NCBI GenBank assembly: GCA_963739455.1
Contig: CAVUAK010000001.1
Coordinates: 2,208,001-2,272,000, forward strand
Length of the DNA: 64,000 nt
From: an uncultured Gemmatimonadales bacterium
GTDB lineage: Bacteria > Gemmatimonadota > Gemmatimonadetes > Gemmatimonadales > GWC2-71-9
Direction of reading: 5' to 3'
Shown here: positions 51,089 to 62,454 of the stretch, piece by piece
Position numbering within the stretch: the first letter of the stretch is position 1
Layout of the letters: each line of letters begins with the position of its first letter
The notes under the pieces: model-generated
What the model was told of the DNA's origin: nothing
The model's input: only the letters and a program-made list of their open reading frames with translations
Database searches by the model: none
Made by a program: the position numbers and the translations under genes

Positions 51089-52335
51089 CCGAACCGCAAA
51101 AACAGCTGGTGGCTGCCATCGACCTCGGCACGACGAAGGTCTCTGCAGCCGTCGCCGAGGCCACGGGCGACCCCCGTCACCCCACGGCCAAGGTGCTGGG
51201 GTTCGGCATCGAGCGAACCCAGGGCGTGCGGCGCGGAGTGGTGCGGGACATCGAGGAGGCCACCCGGGCCATCACCAAGGCGATGAGCGCGGCGCAGAAG
51301 ATGGCGGGCGCCGAGATCGGCACGGTGTACATCGGAGTTGCGGGTGAGCATGTCGCCGGGCGCACCTCGCATGGCATGGTGTCGGTGACCAGCGACGAGA
51401 TCCGCACCAGCGACGTCGCCCGGGTCAATGATATGGCGAGCAATATCTCCTTCGGGCGCGACCACGAACTGCTGCACGCCATCCCGCTCGACTACCTGGT
51501 GGACCAGCAGGGCGGCATCACCGAGCCGATCGGCATGACGGGCTCCCGGCTCGAGGCCGAGGTGTACCTGGTCACGGTGCTGTCGAGCGTGGTCACCAAC
51601 CTGCGGAAATGCTCGGAGAAGGCCGGCTTCCAGGTTGGCGAATTCGTGCTGGAGCCGCTGGCCGCTTCCACCGCGGTGCTCACCAGCGACGAGAGGGAAC
51701 TGGGCTGTGCCATCGTGGAGCTGGGGGGCGGCTCAACCAACGTGGCAATCTTCCAGCATGGGAAGATCCGGCACACGGCGTCGCTCCTCTGTGCCGGAGG
51801 GCACGTCACCAACGACATCGTTCACGGGCTACAGGTGACGCAGGCCGACGCCGAGCGACTCAAGGAGCGCTCGGGCTCGGCGTGGGAGCCGCTGGTACCC
51901 GATGCCGACATCATCGAGCTGCCCGGCACGCCGGGCCAGGGAGCCCGGACCGCGCAGCGCCGGGTGCTTGCGCATATCATGCATGCGCGCATGCAGGAGA
52001 CGCTGGAATACGCGCTCGACGAAATCAGCAAGGCCGGGTACCACCAGCAGCTTCCCGCCGGTATCATCCTGACAGGTGGCGGCGCGCTCGCGCCGGGCAT
52101 CGTAGAGCTGGCTCGCGAGGTCTTCGCGATGCCGGTGCGAGTCGGGGTGCCGGGGCAGGGTCTTCGCGGCCTGGCCGACAGCTTGGAGACGCCCCGCATG
52201 GCAGTGACCGCAGGCCTGCTGCTCTACGGCGCGCGACAGGAACTTTCAGGTGCCTTCGGGACCGGCGTCCGCCGGAACCGCACAGTTGAGAAGCTCGTGA
52301 CCCCGGTCAAGCGTTGGCTGCAGGACTTTTTCTGA
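51085..52335 (+). CDS. ftsA: Cell division protein FtsA
   Basis: [30 protein letters not shown]-terminal amphipathic helix WLQDFF. Confidence 0.95.
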   Translation: MTEPQKQLVAAIDLGTTKVSAAVAEATGDPRHPTAKVLGFGIERTQGVRRGVVRDIEEATRAITKAMSAAQKMAGAEIGTVYIGVAGEHVAGRTSHGMVSVTSDEIRTSDVARVNDMASNISFGRDHELLHAIPLDYLVDQQGGITEPIGMTGSRLEAEVYLVTVLSSVVTNLRKCSEKAGFQVGEFVLEPLAASTAVLTSDERELGCAIVELGGGSTNVAIFQHGKIRHTASLLCAGGHVTNDIVHGLQVTQADAERLKERSGSAWEPLVPDADIIELPGTPGQGARTAQRRVLAHIMHARMQETLEYALDEISKAGYHQQLPAGIILTGGGALAPGIVELAREVFAMPVRVGVPGQGLRGLADSLETPRMAVTAGLLLYGARQELSGAFGTGVRRNRTVEKLVTPVKRWLQDFF

Positions 52336-52345
52336 GGAGGGGCGA

Positions 52346-53524
52346 GTGTCCGGAATGATCTTCGAATTCGAGGACGCGGAACGGAACGCGCAGAGCGCCC
52401 GCATGAAGGTCGTCGGTATCGGGGGCGGCGGCGGCAACGCCGTCAACCGGATGATCGACGAGAACCTGCAAGGTGTGGACTTCATCTCGGTCAATACCGA
52501 CGCCCAGGCGCTGACCCGCTCCAAAGCCAGTCACAAGATCCAGATCGGCAAGCGGCTGACCCGCGGACTGGGCGCCGGTGCGCGACCCGAAATCGGGCGC
52601 CAGGCGATCGAGGAAGACCGGGCCGAAGTGCTCGAGGCGCTCCAGGGCGCCGACATGGTGTTCGTCACCTGCGGCATGGGCGGCGGTACTGGTACCGGTG
52701 CGGCACCGATCATCGCCGAGCTGGCGCGTGAAGTGTCGGCGCTGACGGTGGGCATCGTGACGCGGCCGTTCCAGTTCGAGGGAAAGAAGCGGACGCTCCA
52801 GGCCGAGATGGGCATCGCGGAGATGCGGAAGAACGTCGACACCATGATCGTGGTGCCGAACGAGCGCCTCCTGGCCATCGTGGGGAAGGGCACCCAGTTC
52901 CTCGAGGCGCTGAAGAAGGCCGACGAGGTGCTGCTCCACGCCACGCAGGGCATTTCCCGGCTCATCACCACCACCGGCATCATCAACGTCGACTTCGCCG
53001 ACGTACGCACCGTCATGCAGAACGGTGGCGCTGCGCTCATGGGCACTGGCATCGGCCGGGGCGAGAACCGGGCACTCGAGGCGGCACAGCAGGCGATCTC
53101 CAGCCCGTTGCTCGACAACGTGTCGATCACGGGCGCATCGGCGGTGCTGCTGAACATTGTTGGCGGCGACGACCTGACGCTGGGTGAAGCCACCACGATC
53201 TCGGAGATCGTGCACGAAGCGGTGGGTGAGGACGCCGAGATCATCTTCGGCGCCGGCAATGATCCTGCGATGCAGGGCGAGATTCGCGTGACGGTCATTG
53301 CGACGGGCTTCGACCGGGGTCAGCTCCATGAGACGCGCCCGAGCGGCGTGATCTCGTTCCCCGGCCGGCGCAAGCCAGTTCCGTACACGGAGGAGCGCTC
53401 GTCGACCCCACCCCCCCAACCGGCTCAGGTGCGTCCAATGCGCCAGCCGCATCCGCAGGTGCCGCCGGGGGCCGACGTTCCCGACATGGAGATCCCGACG
53501 TTCATCCGTCGCCAGATGGATTGA
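52346..53524 (+). CDS. ftsZ: Cell division protein FtsZ
   Basis: [24 protein letters not shown]-terminal [11 protein letters not shown]. Confidence 0.97.
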   Translation: MSGMIFEFEDAERNAQSARMKVVGIGGGGGNAVNRMIDENLQGVDFISVNTDAQALTRSKASHKIQIGKRLTRGLGAGARPEIGRQAIEEDRAEVLEALQGADMVFVTCGMGGGTGTGAAPIIAELAREVSALTVGIVTRPFQFEGKKRTLQAEMGIAEMRKNVDTMIVVPNERLLAIVGKGTQFLEALKKADEVLLHATQGISRLITTTGIINVDFADVRTVMQNGGAALMGTGIGRGENRALEAAQQAISSPLLDNVSITGASAVLLNIVGGDDLTLGEATTISEIVHEAVGEDAEIIFGAGNDPAMQGEIRVTVIATGFDRGQLHETRPSGVISFPGRRKPVPYTEERSSTPPPQPAQVRPMRQPHPQVPPGADVPDMEIPTFIRRQMD

Positions 53525-54786
53525 TGCAGCGCAAATACCACGCTGCCGCCGTAGTCCTACTGGCGTTCGCCCTCGGCGGACGCCAGTTGTGGTTTCGAAA
53601 TCAGTCGTTGCCGAGTGTCCCCATTGCTGTTCCCGCCGTTGATTCCGCCCCTGCATCCATCGAGTCACCGGATACGCTCCATCGCGGCGAGACGCTGGCG
53701 CACCTCTTTGCGCGCCATGGGCTGGGCCCGGCGGAGGTCAATCGCCTGGCATCGATGCTCGACCTGCGAAAGCTCAAGACCGGTCTCGTGTTCCATGTTC
53801 GCCGCCAGCACGCCGACTCCACGCCCGACCAGATCGTGGTGCGCACCGGCCCGGAGCAGCGGCTCAAGCTGACGCGGATGTCGACCGAGTGGCTCGCCAC
53901 GGCTGAACCGATCCGCTGGTTCGTGGATACGGTGCGCTATGCCGGTTCGATCGAGACATCGCTGTACGAGGCGCTCGACCGCGCGGTGCCGTGGTCGTCG
54001 CTGGCGGCTGACGAGCGCGTCAAGCTTGCCTGGGAGCTGTCGGACGTGTTCGCGTGGCAGCTCGACTTCAGCCGCGACCTGCAGCCGGGGGACGAGTTCC
54101 AGGTGGTGCTCGAGCGGCTGACCTCGGAGGAGGGTGAGACGCGGGCGGGCGACGTGCTCGCGGCCGACCTGGAAGTGAATGGCAAGCCGGTGAGTGCGTT
54201 CCGGTTCACGGAGAACGGAAAGCCGGGGTACTTCGACGCCGCGGGGCTGTCACTGCGACGCGCGTTCCTGCGGGCGCCGGTCGAGTTCCGCCGCATTTCC
54301 AGTCGGTTCAACCGCTCGCGGATGCATCCGGTGCTGGGCTATGCGCGGCGGCATGAGGGCACCGACTACGCCGCGGACCCGGGCACGCCGGTGATGGCGG
54401 CGGGTGACGGCACCGTGGTGAGCGCCGGATGGAGCGGCGGCTACGGCAACATGATCGTGGTGCAGCACAAGAACGGGATCACGACGCGGTACGGCCACCT
54501 GCGCGGGTTCGCCAGTGGGGTGCACGCCGGCGCGCGCGTGTCGCAGGGCGAGGTGATCGGCTATGTCGGGTCGACTGGCCTCGCGACCGGGCCGCACCTG
54601 CACTACGAGTTCCGCGTGAACGGCGCGGCGCGAGATCCCTCGCGGGTGAATCTCGGCAACGGCGAGCCGGTGACGCCGTCACTCAAGGGAGCATTCGACG
54701 CCGAGCAGATCCTGCTGAGTCACCTGCTGCAGGCGCAGTCACCCACCGCCGTCGCCGTCACGGGCGCCGGGCCGCCGACGCCATGA
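53524..54786 (+). CDS. M23 family peptidoglycan endopeptidase (MepM-like)
   Basis: [39 protein letters not shown]. Confidence 0.9.
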   Translation: MQRKYHAAAVVLLAFALGGRQLWFRNQSLPSVPIAVPAVDSAPASIESPDTLHRGETLAHLFARHGLGPAEVNRLASMLDLRKLKTGLVFHVRRQHADSTPDQIVVRTGPEQRLKLTRMSTEWLATAEPIRWFVDTVRYAGSIETSLYEALDRAVPWSSLAADERVKLAWELSDVFAWQLDFSRDLQPGDEFQVVLERLTSEEGETRAGDVLAADLEVNGKPVSAFRFTENGKPGYFDAAGLSLRRAFLRAPVEFRRISSRFNRSRMHPVLGYARRHEGTDYAADPGTPVMAAGDGTVVSAGWSGGYGNMIVVQHKNGITTRYGHLRGFASGVHAGARVSQGEVIGYVGSTGLATGPHLHYEFRVNGAARDPSRVNLGNGEPVTPSLKGAFDAEQILLSHLLQAQSPTAVAVTGAGPPTP

Positions 54787-56408
54787 CCGAGGTGAGTGGA
54801 GGCTGGGAGGACACGTCCGACGCGGCGCCGGTCGCCACGCTTGCCGAGCGCCTCATCTTCGAGCGGCTCCTGGCCGACCTCTCCACCACCTTCGCCAATG
54901 CTGCCAGTGATGATGTCATCCCCGAGATCGAGCGCGGGCTGACCCAGCTGGTCACCTTCCTCGGCTACGACCGCAGCACCCTCGGTGAATTCTCCGCCGA
55001 TGGACAGGAGTTGACCGTCATCGGCTCGGTCGCGGTGCCGGGCTTCGAGGCGACGCCGGTTGGCCCCCTTCCCGCGAAGCTCGGCTGGTTCAAGCGGGAG
55101 CTCCGGGCGGGGCGGAACGTGAGGTTCCCGGCGATGCCGGAGGACGTGCCGCCGGAAGCGGTCGGTGAACTCGAGTACGCCCGGCGGACGGGGCTGCGAT
55201 CGATCCTCACCATTCCGGTCCGGGTGGGCGGGCAGGTGATGGGGGCCATTTCCTTCAGCGCGTTCAGCTCGACTCGTGAATGGCCTGACGACCTCATTGC
55301 GCGGCTGCGCATGGTGGGCGAGGTGTTCGTGCAGGCGCTCGTCCGAAGCCGCGGAGATGCCGCGCTGCGGGTGGCGCACGACGAGATCAAGCGGCTGAAT
55401 GCCCGCCTCGAGGCGGAGAATGTGTACCTGCGCCAGGCGGTGCAGCTAAAGCTGCCCGGCGATCTTGCCAGCCACTCCACCCGCTACAACGAGATCCTGG
55501 ACGACATCCGCCAGGTGGCGCCGACGTCGTCCACCGTGCTGCTGCTGGGCGAGACCGGCAGCGGCAAGGAGGTCCTGGCCCGCGCGATCCATGAACTGAG
55601 CGGCCGCAACAAGCGCCCGATGGTGAAGGTCAACTGCGCGGCGCTACCAGCCACGCTGATAGAGGCGGAACTCTTCGGGCGGGAGAAGGGGGCATTTACC
55701 GGCTCGCTGTCACGCCAGATGGGGCGGTTCGAGCTGGCCGACGGGGCGACGATTCTCCTGGATGAGATCGGCGAGCTGCCGCTCGAGCTCCAGCCGAAGC
55801 TGCTGCGCGTGCTGCAGAGCGGGGAGTTCGAGCGCCTCGGCGGCACGCAGACGATCAAGGTGGACGTCCGGGTCATCGCGGCGTCAAACCGTGACCTGGC
55901 CCAGGCTGCACAGGAGGGGACATTCCGGCAGGACCTCTATTACCGGCTGAATGTCTTCCCCATCGAGGTCCCGCCACTGCGGGAGCGACGGGAGGACATT
56001 CCGATGCTGAGCTGGGCCTTCATCCAGGAGTTCAGCGACTCGATGGGAAAGCCGATCAGCGGCATCGATGAGGCATCCATGGTGGCGCTTCAAGCGTACG
56101 CGTGGCCGGGGAACATCCGGGAACTGCGCAACCTGATTGAGCGCGCCATGATCCTCGCGCGGGGGCCGGTCCTGAAGATCTCGCTGGGGCGGGTAATGTC
56201 GTCATCGAGCTCGACATCGGGCGAGACGCCGAGCAGTCGGGACGATGCGGAGCGGAGTCACCTGCGGCGGGCCCTGGAGCGCTGCGGCTGGCGTATTCGC
56301 GGGTCGGGCGGGGCGGCGGCGGTGCTGGACATGAAGCCCACCACGCTGGAATCGCGGATGAAAAAGCTCGGGCTCTCGCGTCCGGGCCTCCAAGACGATT
56401 CGGAGTAA
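54783..56408 (+). CDS. Sigma54-dependent activator with GAF domain (FhlA-like)
   Basis: [45 protein letters not shown]-terminal HTH. Confidence 0.92.
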   Translation: MTEVSGGWEDTSDAAPVATLAERLIFERLLADLSTTFANAASDDVIPEIERGLTQLVTFLGYDRSTLGEFSADGQELTVIGSVAVPGFEATPVGPLPAKLGWFKRELRAGRNVRFPAMPEDVPPEAVGELEYARRTGLRSILTIPVRVGGQVMGAISFSAFSSTREWPDDLIARLRMVGEVFVQALVRSRGDAALRVAHDEIKRLNARLEAENVYLRQAVQLKLPGDLASHSTRYNEILDDIRQVAPTSSTVLLLGETGSGKEVLARAIHELSGRNKRPMVKVNCAALPATLIEAELFGREKGAFTGSLSRQMGRFELADGATILLDEIGELPLELQPKLLRVLQSGEFERLGGTQTIKVDVRVIAASNRDLAQAAQEGTFRQDLYYRLNVFPIEVPPLRERREDIPMLSWAFIQEFSDSMGKPISGIDEASMVALQAYAWPGNIRELRNLIERAMILARGPVLKISLGRVMSSSSSTSGETPSSRDDAERSHLRRALERCGWRIRGSGGAAAVLDMKPTTLESRMKKLGLSRPGLQDDSE

Positions 56409-56487
56409 CTCCGAAACTCCGTAGGCTCCCGCCCGCGTTCCACTGCATCCTCTTTCTCATTTGCACGCTCCATCCCCTTACTCCGTA
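56399..56487. promoter_or_regulatory. Putative upstream activator sequences
   Basis: Palindrome TTCGGAGT-A-ACTCCGAA (56399-56415) plus ACTCCGTA at 56416 and 56480. Confidence 0.45.
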
Positions 56488-56523
56488 AGAGCTTGGCCTG
56501 AAAGTCAGGCTAGAGGCCTCAAG

Positions 56524-56539
56524 TGGCCCACGCGTTGCT
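56524..56539 (+). promoter_or_regulatory. Sigma54 -24/-12 promoter
   Basis: TGGCCCACGCGTTGCT = GG-N10-GC, downstream of a sigma54 activator gene. Confidence 0.7.
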
Positions 56540-56550
56540 TTTGCACCGGC

Positions 56551-56892
56551 ATGATCTCTTTCTCGCTCAGGATCGTCGTGCCGGCCGCCAAGCGGCAGGA
56601 AGTCGTCTCCAGCGTCGGGTCACTGCTGGCCCCGACCAGGGTGCAGCCGGAATGCCTGAGCGTCCGATTGTACGTGGATACCGAGGACCCCAATGCCGTA
56701 ACGATGGTGCAGGAGTGGAACTCCCGTTCGCAGCTGGACCGGTACCTCGCCTCAGCCGCGGGGAAGCTCCTGCTGGAGGCGATGGAGTCGTCGAGCGAGG
56801 CCCCCGACATCCGGTTCGACACGGTCCAGCGCGCCGGTGGCATAAACATCTTCGCAGAGGCACGCGCGTCACCGGAGGGAGAGGTGGCGTAG
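56551..56892 (+). CDS. Antibiotic biosynthesis monooxygenase (ABM)-like protein
   Basis: TRVQPECLSVRLYVDTEDPNAVTMVQEWNS ABM pattern. Confidence 0.75.
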   Translation: MISFSLRIVVPAAKRQEVVSSVGSLLAPTRVQPECLSVRLYVDTEDPNAVTMVQEWNSRSQLDRYLASAAGKLLLEAMESSSEAPDIRFDTVQRAGGINIFAEARASPEGEVA

Positions 56893-56943
56893 GGCAGCGA
56901 ATCACGGAGGCAGGACCATCATTTCAAGTCAAGGAGAGGCACG

Positions 56944-58653
56944 ATGCACAGGTTCGGTTTCGGGCGAAGACTGGCTCGCGCAATGGTGCGCATGCTTCCA
57001 GTGATGGCAGTGCTGGCCGGGCTCACCCAGTCGGCGAATGCGCAGGCGAGTGGAAAGAAGCCCAACATCCTTGTCATCATGGGCGATGACGTGGGGTGGT
57101 TCAACATCGGGGCCTACAGCCAGGGCATCATGACCGGGAAGACGCCGAACCTGGACAAGCTGGCCTCGGAGGGGATGCGCTTCACCGACTACTACGCGGA
57201 GGCAAGCTGCACTGCTGGTCGCGCCAACTTCATCACCGGAGAGCTGCCGCTCCGCACGGGCATGACCACGGTGGGTCAGGCGGGCGCCAACGTCGGGCTT
57301 CCTGCGGAAGCGTCAACGATCGCCGTCGCGCTCAAGGCGCAGGGCTACGCCACGGGCCAGTTCGGCAAGAACCACCTGGGCGACCTGAACAAGTTCCTGC
57401 CCACGGTCCACGGCTTCGATGAGTTCTTCGGCTATTTGTACCACCTGGACGCCATGTCCGATCCGTACTGGTACTCATTCCCCAATGACGCGGCCTATCG
57501 CGACAAGGCAGGTCCGCGCAACCTCGTCCACACCTGGGCCACCACGACGGCTGACCCGACGGTACAGCCGCGCTGGGGCGTGATCGGCAAGCAGAAGATC
57601 GTGGACGAAGGCCCACTGGCGCCGTATCCGGACATGACGAATGTGCAGAACATGCACGACATCACGCCGAAGGCGAAGTACGACATGACGACCTTCGACT
57701 CGGTCCTGGTCCAGGCCAGCAGCAAGTTCATGGACCAGGCGAAGTCAGCCGGGAAGCCGTTCTTCATCTGGCACAACACGACGCGCATGCACGTGTGGAC
57801 CTTCCTGTCCCCGAAGTACCAGGGCCTCATGAACAGCAAGACCGGCTATAGCCTCGAGGACGCGGGCATGCAGCAGATGGATGACGATGTCGGCCTGCTC
57901 CTGAAGCACCTGCAGGACATTGGCGAAGCGGACAACACCATCGTCATCTTCACGACTGACAACGGCGCCGAGGTATTCACCTGGCCGGACGGTGGCATGA
58001 CGCCGTTCAAGTCCACCAAGGGCACGGTCAGCGAGGGCGGCTTCAGGGTGCCGGCTATTATTCGCTGGCCGGGCAAGGTGAAGCCAGGCAGCGTTGAGAA
58101 CGGCATCATCTCGGGGCTCGACTGGTACCCGACGCTGGTCGCTGCAGCGGGCAATCCCAACATTACCCAGGAACTGCTGACCGGGGTGAAGCTGGGCGAC
58201 CAGACCTATAAGAACCACCTCGACGGCTACAACCAGCTGGACCTCATCACCGGCAAGGGTCCCTCAAACCGGCACGAGATCTTCTACTTCGGTGGCGCGC
58301 AGCTGGGTGCCATCCGGCTCGACGACATGAAGTTCGTCTTCTACCAGCAGCCGGGAGGCTGGCCGGGCCCGAAGACCAGCACGGACATGCCGGTGTTGAT
58401 CAACCTGCGGTGGGATCCCTTCGAGCGTACCCCGATGACGCTCGGCGAAACCTCGGCCACCGGGGCGTGGGGCTACGGCAACGAGTTCTTCGGGCGTGAG
58501 GCGTGGCGCTTCGTGGCGGTGCAGCAGGCTGCGCTCAAGCTGGCCGAAACGGCGATCGCCTTCCCGCCGATGCAGGACCCTGCCTCCTTCAACCTGAGCG
58601 CCGTGAAGGCGCAGCTCGAGGCAATGAGCAAGGCCGGCAAGACAGGTCAGTGA
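56944..58653 (+). CDS. Exported arylsulfatase (Cys-type)
   Basis: Signal peptide, KPNILVIMGDD, SCTAGRANFITG (CxAxR), GKNHLG, TDNG. Confidence 0.92.
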   Translation: MHRFGFGRRLARAMVRMLPVMAVLAGLTQSANAQASGKKPNILVIMGDDVGWFNIGAYSQGIMTGKTPNLDKLASEGMRFTDYYAEASCTAGRANFITGELPLRTGMTTVGQAGANVGLPAEASTIAVALKAQGYATGQFGKNHLGDLNKFLPTVHGFDEFFGYLYHLDAMSDPYWYSFPNDAAYRDKAGPRNLVHTWATTTADPTVQPRWGVIGKQKIVDEGPLAPYPDMTNVQNMHDITPKAKYDMTTFDSVLVQASSKFMDQAKSAGKPFFIWHNTTRMHVWTFLSPKYQGLMNSKTGYSLEDAGMQQMDDDVGLLLKHLQDIGEADNTIVIFTTDNGAEVFTWPDGGMTPFKSTKGTVSEGGFRVPAIIRWPGKVKPGSVENGIISGLDWYPTLVAAAGNPNITQELLTGVKLGDQTYKNHLDGYNQLDLITGKGPSNRHEIFYFGGAQLGAIRLDDMKFVFYQQPGGWPGPKTSTDMPVLINLRWDPFERTPMTLGETSATGAWGYGNEFFGREAWRFVAVQQAALKLAETAIAFPPMQDPASFNLSAVKAQLEAMSKAGKTGQ

Positions 58654-58685
58654 ACCTGGGGGGACTTGAATACGGGGGAAATTCG

Positions 58686-58712
58686 CGGGCGGTCCGAAAG
58701 GGCCGCCCGTTC
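58686..58712 (+). terminator. GC hairpin with GAAA loop after sulfatase 1
   Basis: CGGGCGGTCC-GAAA-GGGCCGCCCG; weak U-tract. Confidence 0.5.
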
Positions 58713-58822
58713 CGTGTCGATTGCTCGTCGGAAAGTCGCCCTATTTCTCCCGGCGCCTTATGATATCCTAAGCATCGCACCACCAGAGGGGTGGCAGCAG
58801 GAATCCAACGGGGAGCGTGAGA

Positions 58823-61456
58823 ATGCGTAGGCGAAGCGCAGCAGTGCTTGTCTGGTTGGTCGTGACGCTTGCTTCCACGCCAATGGCGGCGCAGGTGGTC
58901 ACCGGGACGCCGGGCGCTCCCAGTGCCACGACCACCATCAAGGGCGACCAGATCCCGGTGGGCCAGCCGCCGTTCGGCGGCGTGATCAAGGATGTGGCCA
59001 CCCAGTCGACCCCCTGGTGGGCGCCTCGCGTGGTGCCGCCCAAGGGCGCGCCGAACATCCTGCTGATCATGACCGATGACCAGGGGTACGGGGTGCCGGG
59101 AACCTTCGGCGGAGTGATCCCGACGCCGGCGCTGGACCGAATTGCGAAGGCGGGGCTGCGATACACCCAGTTCCACTCGACGGCACTCTGCTCCCCGACC
59201 CGCGCAGCACTCATTACCGGCCGCAACCATCACTCGGTGGGTTCGGGCGTCATTGGCGAGCTCTCCACCGGGTATCCGGGCTACAACTCCGTCATCGGCC
59301 TCGAGAATGCCAGCATCGGGCAGATCCTGAAGGACAACGGCTACGCGACGTCGTGGTTCGGCAAGAACCACAACACGCCAGGGTTCCAGTACAGCAGTGC
59401 CGCCGGGCCGTTCGAGCAGTGGCCATCGGGGATGGGCTTCCAGTATTTCTACGGCTTCATGGGTGGCGAGACGGACCAGTGGCAGCCGTACCTGTTCCGT
59501 GATCACACGCAGGTGTTCCCGTGGATCGGCAAGCCGGGCTACAACCTGATTACCGACATGGCTGATGACGCCATCCGGTACATGCGCGAGCTCAACGCCG
59601 CGGCGCCCGACAAGCCGTTCTTCCTGTACTACGTGCCCGGCGGCACGCACTCGCCGCACCAGCCGAAGCCGGAGTGGATCGAGAAGTTCAAGGGCAAGTT
59701 CGACATGGGCTTCGAGAAGCTGCGCGACTCGATCTTCGCCAACCAGAAGCGGCTGGGCGTGATCCCGCCCGGCACCGAGCTGACCCCGTGGCCGTCGAGC
59801 CTGCCGAAGTGGGATACGCTCAAGGCGGTGCAGAAGAAGATCTACACCCGCCAGGCTGAGGTATTCGCCGGATACACGGCCTACACCGACTACGAGATCG
59901 GTCGCGTCATACAGGCGGTGCAGGACATGGGCAAGCTCGACAACACCCTGATCATCTACATCGACGGTGACAACGGCACGAGCCCGGAAGGCGGCGTCGA
60001 GGGCACGTTCAACCAGCTCACCGCCTACAACGGCATCTTCAACCTGCCCGAGGCCATCCAGCTGCTGCACCTTCCGCAGCTGGGCTCCGACAAGACGTAC
60101 CCGCACATGTCGGCGGCGTGGACCTGGGCGTTCGACACCCCGTTCAAGTGGACCAAGCAGGTTGCCTCGCACTTCGGCGGCACCCGGCAAGGGCTGGCCA
60201 TTTCGTGGCCGGGCCACATCACGGACGAGGGTGGCATCCGGACGCAGTTCCACCATGTCATCGACATCGTGCCCACGATCCTCGAGGCAACCGGCATCCC
60301 GGCGCCCAGCGTGGTGGACGGTATCAAGCAGCACCCGATCGAAGGGGTGAGCATGCTCTACACCTTCGACAAGGCGAATGCGAACGCGCCGTCAACGCGC
60401 ACGACGCAGTACTTCGAGATGGTGGGGAATCGCGCGATCTACCATGATGGCTGGATCGCCGCGACCACGCCGCCGGCGCCGCCATGGGAGCTGGGCACCG
60501 CCGCCATGCCCGACATCATGACCGGCTACAAGTGGGAGCTGTACAACATCGCCGAGGACTATTCGGAGAACAACGACCTCGCGGCGAGCAATCCGGCAAA
60601 GCTGGCCGAGATGCAGAAGCTGTTCCTGGCGGAAGCAGCGAAGTACAATGTGTTTCCGCTGGACAACTCCGGCTTCGTTCGACTCCTGACGGAGCGGCCG
60701 AGCGCCATCGCCGGAAGGACGGAGTTCACGTACACTGGGGTGAACCCCGGCATTCCAACTGGCAATGCGCCGAGCATCCTGGACCGGGACTACACGATCA
60801 CCGCACTGGTGACGATTCCCAAGGGCGGCGCAGAGGGGATGATCGCCACCCTGGGCGGACGCTTCGGTGGATATGGGCTGTACCTGAGCCGCAGCTTCAA
60901 CTGGTGGTACCGCGAGACGCTCTTCCGCCGCGTGGGCCTGGCGCTGCTGGGCCTGGGTCTTGTGCTCATGCTCGCGAACCGGGGCGGGAAATTCGCGCGC
61001 GGGCTCGCGTACTTCGGCGCCGCGTGGGTCGTGGTGGTATTCGGTGCCGGAGCACTGGGCATGGGCCGGGGGAAGCCGGTCTTCCTCTACAACTTCCTGG
61101 ACCTGGAGCGGTTCAAGTGGGAGGGACCTTCGCTGAGCGCGGGAACCCACACCATCTCCTTCGACTTCAAGTATGACGGGCCTGGGCCGGCGAAGGGTGG
61201 TACCGGTGTGTTGAGCGTCGACGGGAAGGAAGTCGACAAGAAGTCAGTCAAGCACACGATCCCGCTGCTGATGTCCATCGATGAGACCTTTGACATCGGT
61301 GTCGACACCAGGACGCCGGTTGACGACAACGCCTACGCGGTGCCGTTCGCCTTCACGGGTACGATCGATACGCTCAAGATCAAGCTTGGCCCGTCACAGC
61401 TGGCTGAGCCGGAGAAGCAGGCCGCAGCAGCGGCGGTCGCCGCGGCAAACAACTAG
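58823..61456 (+). CDS. Exported arylsulfatase with C-terminal LamG-like domain
   Basis: PNILLIMTDD, LCSPTRAALITGR (CxPxR), GKNH, GDNG; C-terminal beta domain ending ETFDIGVDT..FAFTG. Confidence 0.92.
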   Translation: MRRRSAAVLVWLVVTLASTPMAAQVVTGTPGAPSATTTIKGDQIPVGQPPFGGVIKDVATQSTPWWAPRVVPPKGAPNILLIMTDDQGYGVPGTFGGVIPTPALDRIAKAGLRYTQFHSTALCSPTRAALITGRNHHSVGSGVIGELSTGYPGYNSVIGLENASIGQILKDNGYATSWFGKNHNTPGFQYSSAAGPFEQWPSGMGFQYFYGFMGGETDQWQPYLFRDHTQVFPWIGKPGYNLITDMADDAIRYMRELNAAAPDKPFFLYYVPGGTHSPHQPKPEWIEKFKGKFDMGFEKLRDSIFANQKRLGVIPPGTELTPWPSSLPKWDTLKAVQKKIYTRQAEVFAGYTAYTDYEIGRVIQAVQDMGKLDNTLIIYIDGDNGTSPEGGVEGTFNQLTAYNGIFNLPEAIQLLHLPQLGSDKTYPHMSAAWTWAFDTPFKWTKQVASHFGGTRQGLAISWPGHITDEGGIRTQFHHVIDIVPTILEATGIPAPSVVDGIKQHPIEGVSMLYTFDKANANAPSTRTTQYFEMVGNRAIYHDGWIAATTPPAPPWELGTAAMPDIMTGYKWELYNIAEDYSENNDLAASNPAKLAEMQKLFLAEAAKYNVFPLDNSGFVRLLTERPSAIAGRTEFTYTGVNPGIPTGNAPSILDRDYTITALVTIPKGGAEGMIATLGGRFGGYGLYLSRSFNWWYRETLFRRVGLALLGLGLVLMLANRGGKFARGLAYFGAAWVVVVFGAGALGMGRGKPVFLYNFLDLERFKWEGPSLSAGTHTISFDFKYDGPGPAKGGTGVLSVDGKEVDKKSVKHTIPLLMSIDETFDIGVDTRTPVDDNAYAVPFAFTGTIDTLKIKLGPSQLAEPEKQAAAAAVAAANN

Positions 61457-61474
61457 CGCCCGCTCGCCGCACTC

Positions 61475-61513
61475 GAGGCCTCCTGTCCCGCGCCTGCGGG
61501 ACCGGGGGTCTTT
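61475..61513 (+). terminator. Rho-independent terminator after sulfatase 2
   Basis: GAGGCCTCCTGTCCCGC-GCCT-GCGGGACCGGGGGTCTTT. Confidence 0.6.
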
Positions 61514-61528
61514 GCGCATATTGCCCCG

Positions 61529-62248
61529 ATGATTCTCTATCCCGCGATCGACCTCCGTCGCAGCCGAGTGGTGCGCCTGGCCCAGGGGAATGCGGCAAAG
61601 GAGACCGTCTACTCCCATGATCCGGTTGCCCAGGCGCAGGCGTTTGTCGCGGAGGGCGCGACGTGGCTTCACGTTGTGGATCTCGACCGAGCCTTCGGGG
61701 ATGGGGACAACCTGAAGGTCGTCGCCACGATCGTGGAGGCACTGGGGACCGAGGTGCGTGTCCAGGCGGGCGGCGGGTTTCGCTCGATCGCCGCGATCGT
61801 GGCAGCCATCGAGGCCAGGGCGGCGCGCGTTGTGATTGGCACGGCGGCGGTTCGCACACCGGAGCTCCTGATCGAGGCCGCGCAGGCGGTGGGTGCCGAG
61901 CAGCTCGCGGTGGGGCTGGACGCCCATGACGGCATGGTGGCGGTGCGCGGCTGGACCGAGCGCACGGGGGTCCGGGTTGAGGACGCTGCCCAGCGTGCCC
62001 TCGGGGCGGGTATCACGACCATTGTGTATACCGACATCGCTCGGGACGGCATGCTCACGGGGCCGGACCTGGAGGGCTGCCGAGCCCTGATCGGGCTTGG
62101 CGCCCAGGTCATCGCGAGCGGAGGGTTCGCGAGCCTTGATCATGTCGCCGCGGCCAGGGATGCGGGCTGTGCGGGCGCGATTCTGGGGAGGTCGTTGTAT
62201 GAGAAGACGATTTCGCTCAAGGAGGCCCTCGGCGCAGCAAAAGCGTGA
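61529..62248 (+). CDS. hisA: ProFAR isomerase HisA
   Basis: YPAIDL..VVRL.QG, HVVDLD, GGG.RS, TDIARDGMLTGPD, ASGG, LGRSLYE. Confidence 0.92.
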   Translation: MILYPAIDLRRSRVVRLAQGNAAKETVYSHDPVAQAQAFVAEGATWLHVVDLDRAFGDGDNLKVVATIVEALGTEVRVQAGGGFRSIAAIVAAIEARAARVVIGTAAVRTPELLIEAAQAVGAEQLAVGLDAHDGMVAVRGWTERTGVRVEDAAQRALGAGITTIVYTDIARDGMLTGPDLEGCRALIGLGAQVIASGGFASLDHVAAARDAGCAGAILGRSLYEKTISLKEALGAAKA

Positions 62249-62454
62249 GGAGGAACAGCGACAGCGTAACGAGGAACTGCAACGGCGTCTCCAGCCAACC
62301 AATTCCCGCCCAATCCCGTCATAGCTAGAAGTGGCCTGACCCGACCGGTCCCACCGCATCCGTTTCGAGCTCGTTCCGAACTGAAACCCCATGGGGGCGG
62401 AGCCCGTAAGTGACTCCATTCGCCCCACATGCACCTGTCTGGAGCTGATCAATC

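Noticed and set aside
62249..62454. Possible structured RNA in the hisA-efflux spacer (short repeats, GGGGCGGAG...CTCCATTCGCCCC)
   Set aside because: No recognisable riboswitch consensus; an Rfam/Infernal search would be needed.
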